DNA of 64,000 nucleotides, taken from NCBI GenBank assembly GCA_028282585.1, contig JANQHR010000034.1, positions 18,068 through 82,067 of the forward strand, in the 5' to 3' direction. The notes beneath the pieces were generated by a model. It had not been told where the DNA came from. It was given only the letters and a program-made list of their open reading frames with translations, and ran no database searches. Each line of letters opens with the position of its first letter. The first letter of the stretch is position 1. This document shows, one piece after another, positions 17,592 through 26,422 of this stretch. The position numbers and the translations under genes were made by a program. The stretch is from Bacteroidales bacterium (GTDB lineage: Bacteria; Bacteroidota; Bacteroidia; Bacteroidales; UBA12077).

Positions 17592-19163
17592 TTATTTTTT
17601 TGCAGATAAATCGGACCTGTTAATAATATTCCCATGCAGGATTACTTTATCAATATTATTATAAGCTCCAATATCCTTTAATGGATTGTTGTTAAGTATC
17701 AACAAGTTGGCTATTTTATCATTTTCAATTGTTCCAATTACGTTATTTAAGTTAAAAGCTTCGGCACAATTAAATGTGGCGGCTTTAAATATTTTATCTA
17801 ACGTTACTCCTGCTTCGTACCAATGTAGCATTTCCAAATAACCATTATATCCTGGAGGAGTGGTATACATATTCATGGCACCACCATCAGTAGAGAATAA
17901 AAGATTTGCATTGTTAGTTGCAAGAAAACTAGTTACGGTACTAATTTTAATCTTTAATCTTTCATATATTGTTTTCATCATTTCTTCATCCGTTTCAAAA
18001 TATTTTCTAACTGAAAAGTAAAAATCGGGATTAGTATTTTTAATAAAGTTCGGCCGACTTAAAATTCTTGCTTTAGCCCATTGTCCTTCATCACTTTTAA
18101 TCCAGTTTAAATAATTGTCGGAATAAATATGTTCTATAATTGTATCTGATAACAAGGTTTCTTTCAGAATATCTATTTCGCCTAGTATTGCTCTAAAAGT
18201 AGGCTGATAACCGGTTTTTCTTTTGCAAAACTCATTTAATAAATCCTTGTGAGCTTTGGTAAGAGTTGTATCTAACAAGCTTAAAGGATCACTTGACCAG
18301 TTCCACATCGCATGAGCAATAATATCTATATTTGTTTCAAGCGCGAATTTTTGCCCTTCGAAAGAGGGCGCATGAATTATTACCGGAACATCATACTTTT
18401 TTGATTCTTGAACTAACTCGTTCATTATTTCTGTACTCGGTTTTTCCCAGGTAACTTTCATACCGCTTGACTCATCTTCATATAAAACTTTAACGCAAAT
18501 ACCTGATTGTTCTTCAACGATATTTCTTATAATTGATTTATTTGTATGAGTTTCTAATTTAATTGAGTCTGGAAGAGAGACGTTGTGGTTATGGTGATCA
18601 TATAGAAACGGCATCTGATAGCGTTGTTCCATTGAATATTCTTCCATTTCCATCATGAAATCATTCATAATCTGAACTTGTTCTCCGCAAGTGTATATAT
18701 CGGGTCTTACCTCTTTTTGTAATATATTATTGATTAGTCTGGGGGCATAATTATTTACATCAATTAAAGTTGTGTAACCAAAGTATAAAAAACTTTTTGG
18801 TAACTGATCAAAGTATTCATATGCAAGATCCGGATGTTTCATTTTATGCCGGACATTCATTCCCGCAATATTAGCCAAATGTACATGACTATCTATTAGT
18901 CCGGGAATTACATATTTTCCTTCAGCTTTGAGAACTTTGAAATTACCTTTTACAAGAGGTTTGTTTTTGCCTACATAAATAATCTTACTTGAGTCAATTG
19001 CAATATAACCTTTAAAAGAGTTAAAGTTTTCTTCTGAATTGTAAGTTAAAATAGTTGCATTCTCTATTAATAACCCATTTTTAATATATAGAGATTCATA
19101 GTTTGCCGAGCAAGTTAAGATCGTTACAACTATAGTTATTACAGTATATATAATCATATTCAT
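17592..19163 (-). CDS. amidohydrolase family protein (probably exported)
   Basis: PGLIDSHVH, IIHA, AHA, STDGG, GTIENDKIANLLIL..NPL; hydrophobic N-terminus with Cys. Confidence 0.88.
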   Translation of the reverse strand: MNMIIYTVITIVVTILTCSANYESLYIKNGLLIENATILTYNSEENFNSFKGYIAIDSSKIIYVGKNKPLVKGNFKVLKAEGKYVIPGLIDSHVHLANIAGMNVRHKMKHPDLAYEYFDQLPKSFLYFGYTTLIDVNNYAPRLINNILQKEVRPDIYTCGEQVQIMNDFMMEMEEYSMEQRYQMPFLYDHHNHNVSLPDSIKLETHTNKSIIRNIVEEQSGICVKVLYEDESSGMKVTWEKPSTEIMNELVQESKKYDVPVIIHAPSFEGQKFALETNIDIIAHAMWNWSSDPLSLLDTTLTKAHKDLLNEFCKRKTGYQPTFRAILGEIDILKETLLSDTIIEHIYSDNYLNWIKSDEGQWAKARILSRPNFIKNTNPDFYFSVRKYFETDEEMMKTIYERLKIKISTVTSFLATNNANLLFSTDGGAMNMYTTPPGYNGYLEMLHWYEAGVTLDKIFKAATFNCAEAFNLNNVIGTIENDKIANLLILNNNPLKDIGAYNNIDKVILHGNIINRSDLSAKK

Positions 19164-19208
19164 AATTCAAATACTTTATGATTTATAATTCTATAAAACA
19201 CTTTACAA

Positions 19209-19808
19209 TTAGAATTTCATGTTTCTTTTAACCTTTTCAAATTCGTCACGCACTGATTTCTTAATATTTTCGAGCGTTATAGGTTCACCGCGCATTTCCA
19301 GTTTTTGTGCGGTAGTTTTAGCTTCAGGTATTGCGATCCATAATATTATATATATCCAAAATCCAACAGAACCAATGAAAAATAAAATGATAAACAGAAT
19401 ACGAAATAACAGGGGATCGTTGTTAAAATAAGCTCCCAAACCACCGCAAATTCCACCTAACAATCTATTATCAGGGTCGCGATATAATCTTTTGTTTGTT
19501 TTATAATTCATATTACTTTGTTTTTTTCCTTCCTGACTCGTTTCCTCATCAATAAAATCTTCAGGTTCTCCCATGATTTCAATTACTTTAGAAACATCAT
19601 CTTTCATAATTACGTCTCTTTTTTCACCTAATGATTCTTTAAATAATTCAGAAAGACGCGCTTCAATATCAGACATTACTTCTTTTCTTTCTTCCTCATT
19701 TACAAAATGCTTTTCTATAGCAAGTAAATAAGTATGAAGCATTTCATAAGCATCATCATCGATATGAAATACTATTCCTCCTAAATTTATGGTAATGGTT
19801 GTCTTCAT
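19209..19808 (-). CDS. PspC domain protein (short form)
   Basis: KRLYRDPDNRLLGGICGGLGAY; paralogous to the N-terminus of 15616-17235. Confidence 0.92.
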   Translation of the reverse strand: MKTTITINLGGIVFHIDDDAYEMLHTYLLAIEKHFVNEEERKEVMSDIEARLSELFKESLGEKRDVIMKDDVSKVIEIMGEPEDFIDEETSQEGKKQSNMNYKTNKRLYRDPDNRLLGGICGGLGAYFNNDPLLFRILFIILFFIGSVGFWIYIILWIAIPEAKTTAQKLEMRGEPITLENIKKSVRDEFEKVKRNMKF

Positions 19809-19828
19809 ATTATATTTTTATTTTATAG

Positions 19829-19898
19829 TACTATACATTGCATGCAAAATTACTATACAAAGATATGTAAATAAATTAGTACTATGCAACACATAGTA
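19829..19898 (-). promoter_or_regulatory. promoter with candidate PadR operator(s)
   Basis: perfect TACTATG-N5-CATAGTA (19880-19898); extra TACTATAC half-sites at 19829 and 19851; minus-strand -7 TATCTTTG (19858-19865). Confidence 0.7.
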
Positions 19899-20086
19899 GT
19901 AAAAAATTCACAAAACAATAACTAAATACCTGTAAATCAAGATTAAAAAAATTTATTATTTTTGATGAAAAATCAGCAGTTTCTGAGATATGATTAAATA
20001 TTAGGGCTAAAGCTCATTTTAAAAACAACATATTGAAGGACTTTAATACATATACTTTAATATTACTAACGGAAAATACAAAAGAG

Positions 20087-20884
20087 ATGAAAATTCAAGG
20101 AGCATTACTAAAAATGTCTACAGAATTAAACAATCCAGTAGACTATAATTTATTATTAGGTGATGAAAAAGTTTATTTGAATGATTTGGTAGGTAAAGAT
20201 ATTTCCATAAAATACCTGGATGAGATTCATTGTATTAGATGCGGTAGAGAAACTAAAAAGTCTTTTCATCAGGGTTATTGTTATCCTTGCTTTAGAACTG
20301 CTCCGGAAACAGATGATTGTATATTAAGACCTGAAATGTGTAGAGCTCATGAAGGCGTTTCAAGAGATATGGAATGGTCAAAAGATCATTGTTTAAAGGA
20401 TCATATTGTGTATTTAGCAATTTCAAGTGGATTAAAAGTAGGAATTACAAGAATAGCTCAAGTGCCCACTCGGTGGATTGACCAGGGAGCAAGTTATGCT
20501 GTTAAAATTGCTCAGGTTCCGGATAGGTATACGGCTGGTATTTTAGAAGTAAACCTAAAAAAACATTTTGCGGATAAAACCAATTGGCGCGCTATGCTTA
20601 CCAATAAGGTAGATAATGAAACCAAGCTATTGGAGCAAAAAGAAAAGGCAAAGGAAGTTGCCAGAAAAGATCTGATAAAGTATTTTATTGATGATAATGA
20701 AATACTGGAAATCAATTATCCGGTGATTAATTATCCCGAAAAAGTTAACTCATTTTCTTTTGACAAAGAGGATAATATTGAAGGAAAATTAATGGGAATT
20801 AAAGGGCAATATTTAATTTTTGAAGGAGGAAAAGTCTTAAATGTTCGTAAGCATAATGGGTATGAGGTTGAACTCAGTTACTAA
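20087..20884 (+). CDS. DUF2797 domain protein
   Basis: CIRCG..QGYCYPC, HIVYLA..KVGITR..PTRWIDQGA, GIKGQYL; ATG at 20087 preferred. Confidence 0.88.
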   Translation: MKIQGALLKMSTELNNPVDYNLLLGDEKVYLNDLVGKDISIKYLDEIHCIRCGRETKKSFHQGYCYPCFRTAPETDDCILRPEMCRAHEGVSRDMEWSKDHCLKDHIVYLAISSGLKVGITRIAQVPTRWIDQGASYAVKIAQVPDRYTAGILEVNLKKHFADKTNWRAMLTNKVDNETKLLEQKEKAKEVARKDLIKYFIDDNEILEINYPVINYPEKVNSFSFDKEDNIEGKLMGIKGQYLIFEGGKVLNVRKHNGYEVELSY

Positions 20885-20889
20885 TTTGT

Positions 20890-21055
20890 TAGTTTCTAGT
20901 TATGAGTTATGAGTTTCGAGTTGCTGGTTATCCTGCATTATCGTTAACATTTCATGGTCTGCCCTTAGCTATCCGATTTTAAAAATTCATCATTGATATT
21001 TATATCTTGATCAGTAACAAGGAACCAAGAACTAAGAACCGGCAACCGAGAACTA
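20890..21055. repeat. inverted pair of degenerate heptamer arrays
   Basis: left TAGTTTC TAGTTAT GAGTTAT GAGTTTC GAGTTGC TGGTTAT; right array is six reverse-complement AAC(C/T/A) heptamers. Confidence 0.8.
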
Positions 21056-21058
21056 AAA

Positions 21059-24000
21059 TCATTCATCATCCATTTCCATCTCCTTTTTTATTTCATTCTG
21101 GATATTTTCCAACTGTTTCTTTTTATTTACTTCGCGAAGTTTTTGTGCGGTTTTAGTAAAATATTGATGGTTCTTTATAAAGTTATATTGCATCTGGTTC
21201 CAATCAAGAATTGAATCAATCTTTTTACGTTCATGATATTCCTTATACAAATTAATTGATACCGGCACAAAGTCAGTTCTTCCCAAGTAATCCAGGTCAG
21301 CATCACACATAATTTGTTCGAGCAGTGATTTAGGTTGCGGAGGCATTTGAGTTGCCTGTATAATATTGCAAATGGTTTCAATTTGAGGTTCGGTATAATG
21401 ATATTCGGGCAAAATCTTCTTGGCAAGTTTTATACTTTCTTCTTCATGCGTGTCATAATTAATTAAATGCCCCATATCATGAAAAAGAGCAGCAGTTTTT
21501 AACATTAACATTTCTTCATCATTAATTCCTTCCGATCTTCCAATTAATTCTACCTGTGTTACAACATCGATGGTATGTTTCACATTATGATAGTATAAAT
21601 TATCAGGTAAACCCTCTTCTAATTTACTCAACACAAATTCTTCCACATCATTAATTCGTAAAATTTGCAAATGAGTAAAGAATTCATCATTTGGTAGTTG
21701 TCCTTTTAAATCAGACGATAAATTAGGCATGAAACCTTCAACAAAATACATGTCGATTTCGCCTTTGTATTTAACAGGCATTTTTCCTCTGTATTGACAT
21801 ATAAAGAAATCCTTAATTAGCATGTATGTGTTTTCGGTGATGTTAATCTTACCGGGTTCGCCTGAAGCTTCCATTCTACTTGCAGTATTTACAGTACCTC
21901 CCCAAATGTCATACGAAATTTTACTTCTACCAAGAACACCGGCTACTACTGGTCCTGTGTCTATACCGATTCTTAAGTCCCAAATATGAACCTGACTTTT
22001 ATCTGAAGTTCTTTTTAATTCTTTCATGAAATTTTGCATCTCAATTGCAGCGAGAACAACCTCTACCGGATTGGTACGGTTCTTTGCGGGGATACCTCCG
22101 GCACACATATAAGCATCGCCAATGGTTTTAATTTTTTCGATGTTGTATTTTTCTACAACGGTATCAAATTGAAGGAAAAAGCGATCCAATTCATCAATCA
22201 GAAGTTCCGAATCCATTTGCTCGGATATTTTTGTAAAGCCCTGAATATCTGAAAAAAGAACGGTCACCATATTGTAGTGATAAGGCCCCGCTTTTCTTCC
22301 CGACTTTAACTCTCTGGCGGTATTTTTAGGAAGAACTCTTTCCAATAAGTTATCAGCTTTTTCTTTTTGTATAACTACTTCTTCTGTTCTTTCATGTATA
22401 ATATTTTCAAGTTTAAACCTTTCTCTGGCAAAATAGTATTCTCTCCATTTTCCAATCAATACAAAAAGTAATATTGCTGATATTATATATATAACAAAGG
22501 CAAGCTTAGTTCTAAAAAAAGGTGGTAAAATTGTAAAACTATAATTTATTTCATCAGAATGTGTTTCAAAAATATTTTTAGCTCTTAATTTGAAATTATA
22601 TGTGCCCTCAAACAAATTGGTATATTCTTTAAAATTTGTTGAGGTCCAATCAGACCAATCGTTATCGAATCCTTCCAATTTAAATTGAAAAGCAATTTGA
22701 TCTTCACTTTCGTAATTAGGTGCAGAAAACTCAAACTTAATAGAGTTATTGTTATAAGAAATGTGCGCTTTTTGATCTTCATCTATTTGTTTCAGACCAA
22801 ATGGTAGCTGATATAATAAAGAATCTTTACCAATTGTTATTTTATGAAAAATGGGTGAAAACGGTTTGTTAAATTTAATATCTTGTTTCAAGTCAAGTCG
22901 AATTAACCCTTCAAAACCTCCAAACCAAACAATATTATTTTTATCGGGATGAATTGAGGTTATCAGAAAATCTTCCAGCCTATTTAAAGGTAATGGCCTT
23001 AAAATCTTTAAAGAATCCTTTTGGAAATTCTTGACCATTGTTTTATTCTGTGAGTTTTCCCTGCCTATAATATTTAACCATAAATTCTTCTGATAATCTT
23101 CTGCTATTGGAAATACCCAGTGTGTTTGATTTATAAAGTCAATACCAATTAATGTATCTTTATAAAATACTTGATTTGATTTATTAAATCGATATATTCC
23201 CGAGGAAGTGCTATACAAAATACCTTCGGAGGTTGCGAAAAGATTTATCCAATCAGGCTTTTTTTCAAAGATTTTCTCATTAGCAAAGTAATTTACTTTT
23301 GAGCTTGTTGAGTAGTTATCCAGAGCATCAATTTGATATAAGCCGTTTTCTTCACTTGATAACCAAATTGTACCATTATTTTCTTCCGCTATACTGACAA
23401 TTTTTCCTTTGATCTCCGGATGTTTTTTGTCTATAATTAATATTCCATTAATAATTCGTACCGCAGAAAATCCGTTGTTATAACCCAGATAAATAAATGA
23501 GGGATTTTTTTTGGAACGTTGCACACTTACTATCTCATCAGCTTCGCGGTTATAAAATAATTCAGCTACTTTATCTTTTATTTCATAAATTCCCTTTTCA
23601 CTCGAAACAAATAATTGATCTTTAAATTGATGGAACTCATAACACAATGACTTAATTTCTTCTATTTTCACAAAATTTGAACAATGTAAACAATCTTGAC
23701 TAACGAGATTATCCTCAAAGCGATATACTCCTAAAGTTGTAGCTACATACAGCGTATTGTTAAATCGGATCACAGATTTTACATTTCCTCTAAGCCCATG
23801 ATTTTTATTAAAATAACTATAAGGAGAAGGAATTTCGATTCTGCTAATTCCCTGATCGTGCAATGCCCATAAGTTTCCTTGCTTATCTGAGAAAAGTTCA
23901 TTTACTGATGAATTAAATAAACCACTGTTTTCATTTATTATGGAGATAACTTTTCCCTGTTTGTTAATTATAACAATTCCATCTAAAGCAGTTCCAATTG

Positions 24001-24802
24001 CATAGTTACCATTGCTAAGTTCTTTGGCTGAAGTATATATCGATCGGTCTAAAAAATCATCCGCCTCTGTTGAAAAATAATTAGAAGAAGAATTATCAAA
24101 AAGATAAAAGCCTTTTCCTTTTGCTGTTTTAATTAATAATTCACCATTATAAGGAAGAATATCTACAATGTCATTTCCATTAAAATTCTTTCCGCCAGGG
24201 AGTAGTTGAAACTCACCTCCAACCAGTTGGAAAAGACCTACACCATACTTTTCTAAATAGATATGTTCATGTACCTTAAATAATTGAAGCTTATCTCCGG
24301 ATTCAATTTCTTCAATTTTATTTTCTTTACACCTGAATACTGCCTTACCGTTACAGAAATATATTTCATCTAAAATAGCATATACCTGTTTGATTTGATT
24401 AAAAGTTAAACTTTCAGATTTAGTTGAGTCCTTTAAAGAAATAAAGCCGGGTGCTTTTGAAGGCTGATTTGATATATACCCAAAATCATTATTCCCTCCA
24501 ACATATATAATTCCTTTGCTGTTAATGTCCATACGAGGAACTCCCGGAACTTTTACGATTTCCCAGTTACTTCCGTTGTATTGAATTACACCATTAGTAT
24601 TACCGATGTATATTATATCATTAAAATCCTGAATTATAGAAAAATTATTATTGCTAAAACCGTAGTTGTTTAAAACAATTCTTTGAATATAAGGGCTACC
24701 TACATTGTTTTCAAAACTTTTTAAAGGAGAAAAGACTATTAAAAGTGTAATAAATAGGGAAAAAAAAATGGTATTTTTATCGAAATTTATTTTAAAATAC
24801 AT
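21059..24802 (-). CDS. membrane sensor adenylate cyclase: beta-propeller + Y_Y_Y + TM + class III cyclase + HD domain
   Basis: LEGFDNDWSDW..YTNLFEGTYNF; VLFSDIQGFT, EKIKTIGDAYM, YDIWGGTVNTASRME; YHNVKH..FHDMG..DADL. Confidence 0.9.
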   Translation of the reverse strand: MYFKINFDKNTIFFSLFITLLIVFSPLKSFENNVGSPYIQRIVLNNYGFSNNNFSIIQDFNDIIYIGNTNGVIQYNGSNWEIVKVPGVPRMDINSKGIIYVGGNNDFGYISNQPSKAPGFISLKDSTKSESLTFNQIKQVYAILDEIYFCNGKAVFRCKENKIEEIESGDKLQLFKVHEHIYLEKYGVGLFQLVGGEFQLLPGGKNFNGNDIVDILPYNGELLIKTAKGKGFYLFDNSSSNYFSTEADDFLDRSIYTSAKELSNGNYAIGTALDGIVIINKQGKVISIINENSGLFNSSVNELFSDKQGNLWALHDQGISRIEIPSPYSYFNKNHGLRGNVKSVIRFNNTLYVATTLGVYRFEDNLVSQDCLHCSNFVKIEEIKSLCYEFHQFKDQLFVSSEKGIYEIKDKVAELFYNREADEIVSVQRSKKNPSFIYLGYNNGFSAVRIINGILIIDKKHPEIKGKIVSIAEENNGTIWLSSEENGLYQIDALDNYSTSSKVNYFANEKIFEKKPDWINLFATSEGILYSTSSGIYRFNKSNQVFYKDTLIGIDFINQTHWVFPIAEDYQKNLWLNIIGRENSQNKTMVKNFQKDSLKILRPLPLNRLEDFLITSIHPDKNNIVWFGGFEGLIRLDLKQDIKFNKPFSPIFHKITIGKDSLLYQLPFGLKQIDEDQKAHISYNNNSIKFEFSAPNYESEDQIAFQFKLEGFDNDWSDWTSTNFKEYTNLFEGTYNFKLRAKNIFETHSDEINYSFTILPPFFRTKLAFVIYIISAILLFVLIGKWREYYFARERFKLENIIHERTEEVVIQKEKADNLLERVLPKNTARELKSGRKAGPYHYNMVTVLFSDIQGFTKISEQMDSELLIDELDRFFLQFDTVVEKYNIEKIKTIGDAYMCAGGIPAKNRTNPVEVVLAAIEMQNFMKELKRTSDKSQVHIWDLRIGIDTGPVVAGVLGRSKISYDIWGGTVNTASRMEASGEPGKINITENTYMLIKDFFICQYRGKMPVKYKGEIDMYFVEGFMPNLSSDLKGQLPNDEFFTHLQILRINDVEEFVLSKLEEGLPDNLYYHNVKHTIDVVTQVELIGRSEGINDEEMLMLKTAALFHDMGHLINYDTHEEESIKLAKKILPEYHYTEPQIETICNIIQATQMPPQPKSLLEQIMCDADLDYLGRTDFVPVSINLYKEYHERKKIDSILDWNQMQYNFIKNHQYFTKTAQKLREVNKKKQLENIQNEIKKEMEMDDE

Positions 24803-24900
24803 AACTTGGTTTTTGAAAGCAATGCGCCCCTTTTTATACGTTGTAATTTAGCAAATTTTTTGTATTTAAGAACGTTGATTTATAATAAATCGAACTGTTT

Positions 24901-25731
24901 ATGAAAAACGAGAACCATATAATCTTAATTCCTTGGGACTTCACCCCAGTTGCAGAATATGCATTACAACATGGATTTAAATTTGCAGAAAAAGCAAAAA
25001 GTAAAAAAATATCGCTAATTCATATTATCAAACAAGATAAAGAGTATGATGAGGCTTTTGAAAAATTAAACCAGGTAGCCAGAGATAATCAAGGAAAAAA
25101 TGGTATCGAGGTTGAACCTCTTGTTAGAAAGGGAAGTATTTTTACTACTATTGGAGAAGTTGCTTCTGAAATTGAATCAGAGTTGGTTATAATGGGAACT
25201 CATGGTTTAAGAGGAATGCAAAAGCTAACAGGAAGTTGGGCCCTAAAAGTAATTGTAAGTTCAAAAGTACCTTTTGTAGTGGTTCAGGAACCACCTAATG
25301 AAACCGACATGAAAGACATTGTTTTACCTATTGATTTCAAAAAAGAAAACAAGGAAACAATGAGCTATGTTGGTTATTTACATAAGAACTTTACTCCAAA
25401 ATTTCATATTATAAAACCAAATACCACCGATGTTGGTTTTATTAAAAGGATTAAAGCCAACATTGCTTTTTCAAGAAAATTTATGGACGGAAAAGGAGTT
25501 GATTATGAAATTCATACTGCAGAAGGTAAAAAGAATTTTCCTTTGGAAATTATGGAATTTGGCAAAAACATAAATGCAGATTTAATTCTGATACTTTCAA
25601 CAAAAAATATCGGGTTAGCAGATTATGTTTTGGGAGCACAAGAACAATATATTATTGCAAATAGCTCTAAAATTCCTGTTATGGTCGTTAATCCAAGAGA
25701 TGATCTTACCGTATGGGAAGGATTTAATTAG
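24901..25731 (+). CDS. universal stress protein (tandem Usp domains)
   Basis: ILIPWDF, VIMGTHG..GS..PFVVV; second domain IVLPIDF..IPVMVV. Confidence 0.92.
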   Translation: MKNENHIILIPWDFTPVAEYALQHGFKFAEKAKSKKISLIHIIKQDKEYDEAFEKLNQVARDNQGKNGIEVEPLVRKGSIFTTIGEVASEIESELVIMGTHGLRGMQKLTGSWALKVIVSSKVPFVVVQEPPNETDMKDIVLPIDFKKENKETMSYVGYLHKNFTPKFHIIKPNTTDVGFIKRIKANIAFSRKFMDGKGVDYEIHTAEGKKNFPLEIMEFGKNINADLILILSTKNIGLADYVLGAQEQYIIANSSKIPVMVVNPRDDLTVWEGFN

Positions 25732-25758
25732 TAAGTATATATGATTTAATGATATAAC

Positions 25759-25788
25759 GGATGACATTATTTGTCATCCTATTTTTTT
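25759..25788 (+). terminator. intrinsic terminator
   Basis: GGATGACA-TTATT-TGTCATCC followed by T-run. Confidence 0.7.
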
Positions 25789-25796
25789 AAGAATTT

Positions 25797-26372
25797 ATGG
25801 AATTAGTATTTGCAACAAACAATAAGCATAAGTTAGAAGAAGTTCAGAAACTGCTTGACGATAATTTCAAATTACTAAGTTTAAGCGATATTTCTTTTAA
25901 AGGTGAAATACCAGAAGATTACGAAACACTTAAGGAAAATGCGCTGCAGAAAGCCCGATTTATTTATGACAGGTTTAAAACTGATTGTTTTGCTGATGAT
26001 ACCGGATTGGAGATTGATTTTCTTAATGGAGCACCTGGGGTATACTCTGCACGTTATGCAGGACCGGGATGCACATTCGATGATAATATAAATAAAGTAT
26101 TGAATGCAATGGGTGATACAGAAAATCGAAAAGCTCGTTTCAGAACTATTATTGCCTTAATACTAAATGAAAGAGAGTATTTTTTTGAAGGAAAAGTGGA
26201 TGGTGAGATCCTGAAAGAAAAACAAGGAAATGAAGGTTTTGGTTACGATCCGGTTTTCAGGCCTTTAGGATATGATCAATCATTTGCAGAAATGAATCTG
26301 GAAGAAAAAAATAAAATCAGTCATCGTGGAAGAGCAACACAAAAGCTTGTAGAGTTTTTATTAAAAAAATAA
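25797..26372 (+). CDS. rdgB: non-canonical purine NTP pyrophosphatase (RdgB/HAM1)
   Basis: [37 protein letters not shown]. Confidence 0.96.
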   Translation: MELVFATNNKHKLEEVQKLLDDNFKLLSLSDISFKGEIPEDYETLKENALQKARFIYDRFKTDCFADDTGLEIDFLNGAPGVYSARYAGPGCTFDDNINKVLNAMGDTENRKARFRTIIALILNEREYFFEGKVDGEILKEKQGNEGFGYDPVFRPLGYDQSFAEMNLEEKNKISHRGRATQKLVEFLLKK

Positions 26373-26422
26373 TTATGACAATATTTTCTTTCGGATAAGG
26401 TTCTATATTAAAATTTTAATAA

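Noticed and set aside
21059-24802. Pycsar/CBASS-type defence cyclase
   Set aside because: It has ATP-type specificity residues, a large periplasmic sensor, no adjacent effector and core-gene neighbours.
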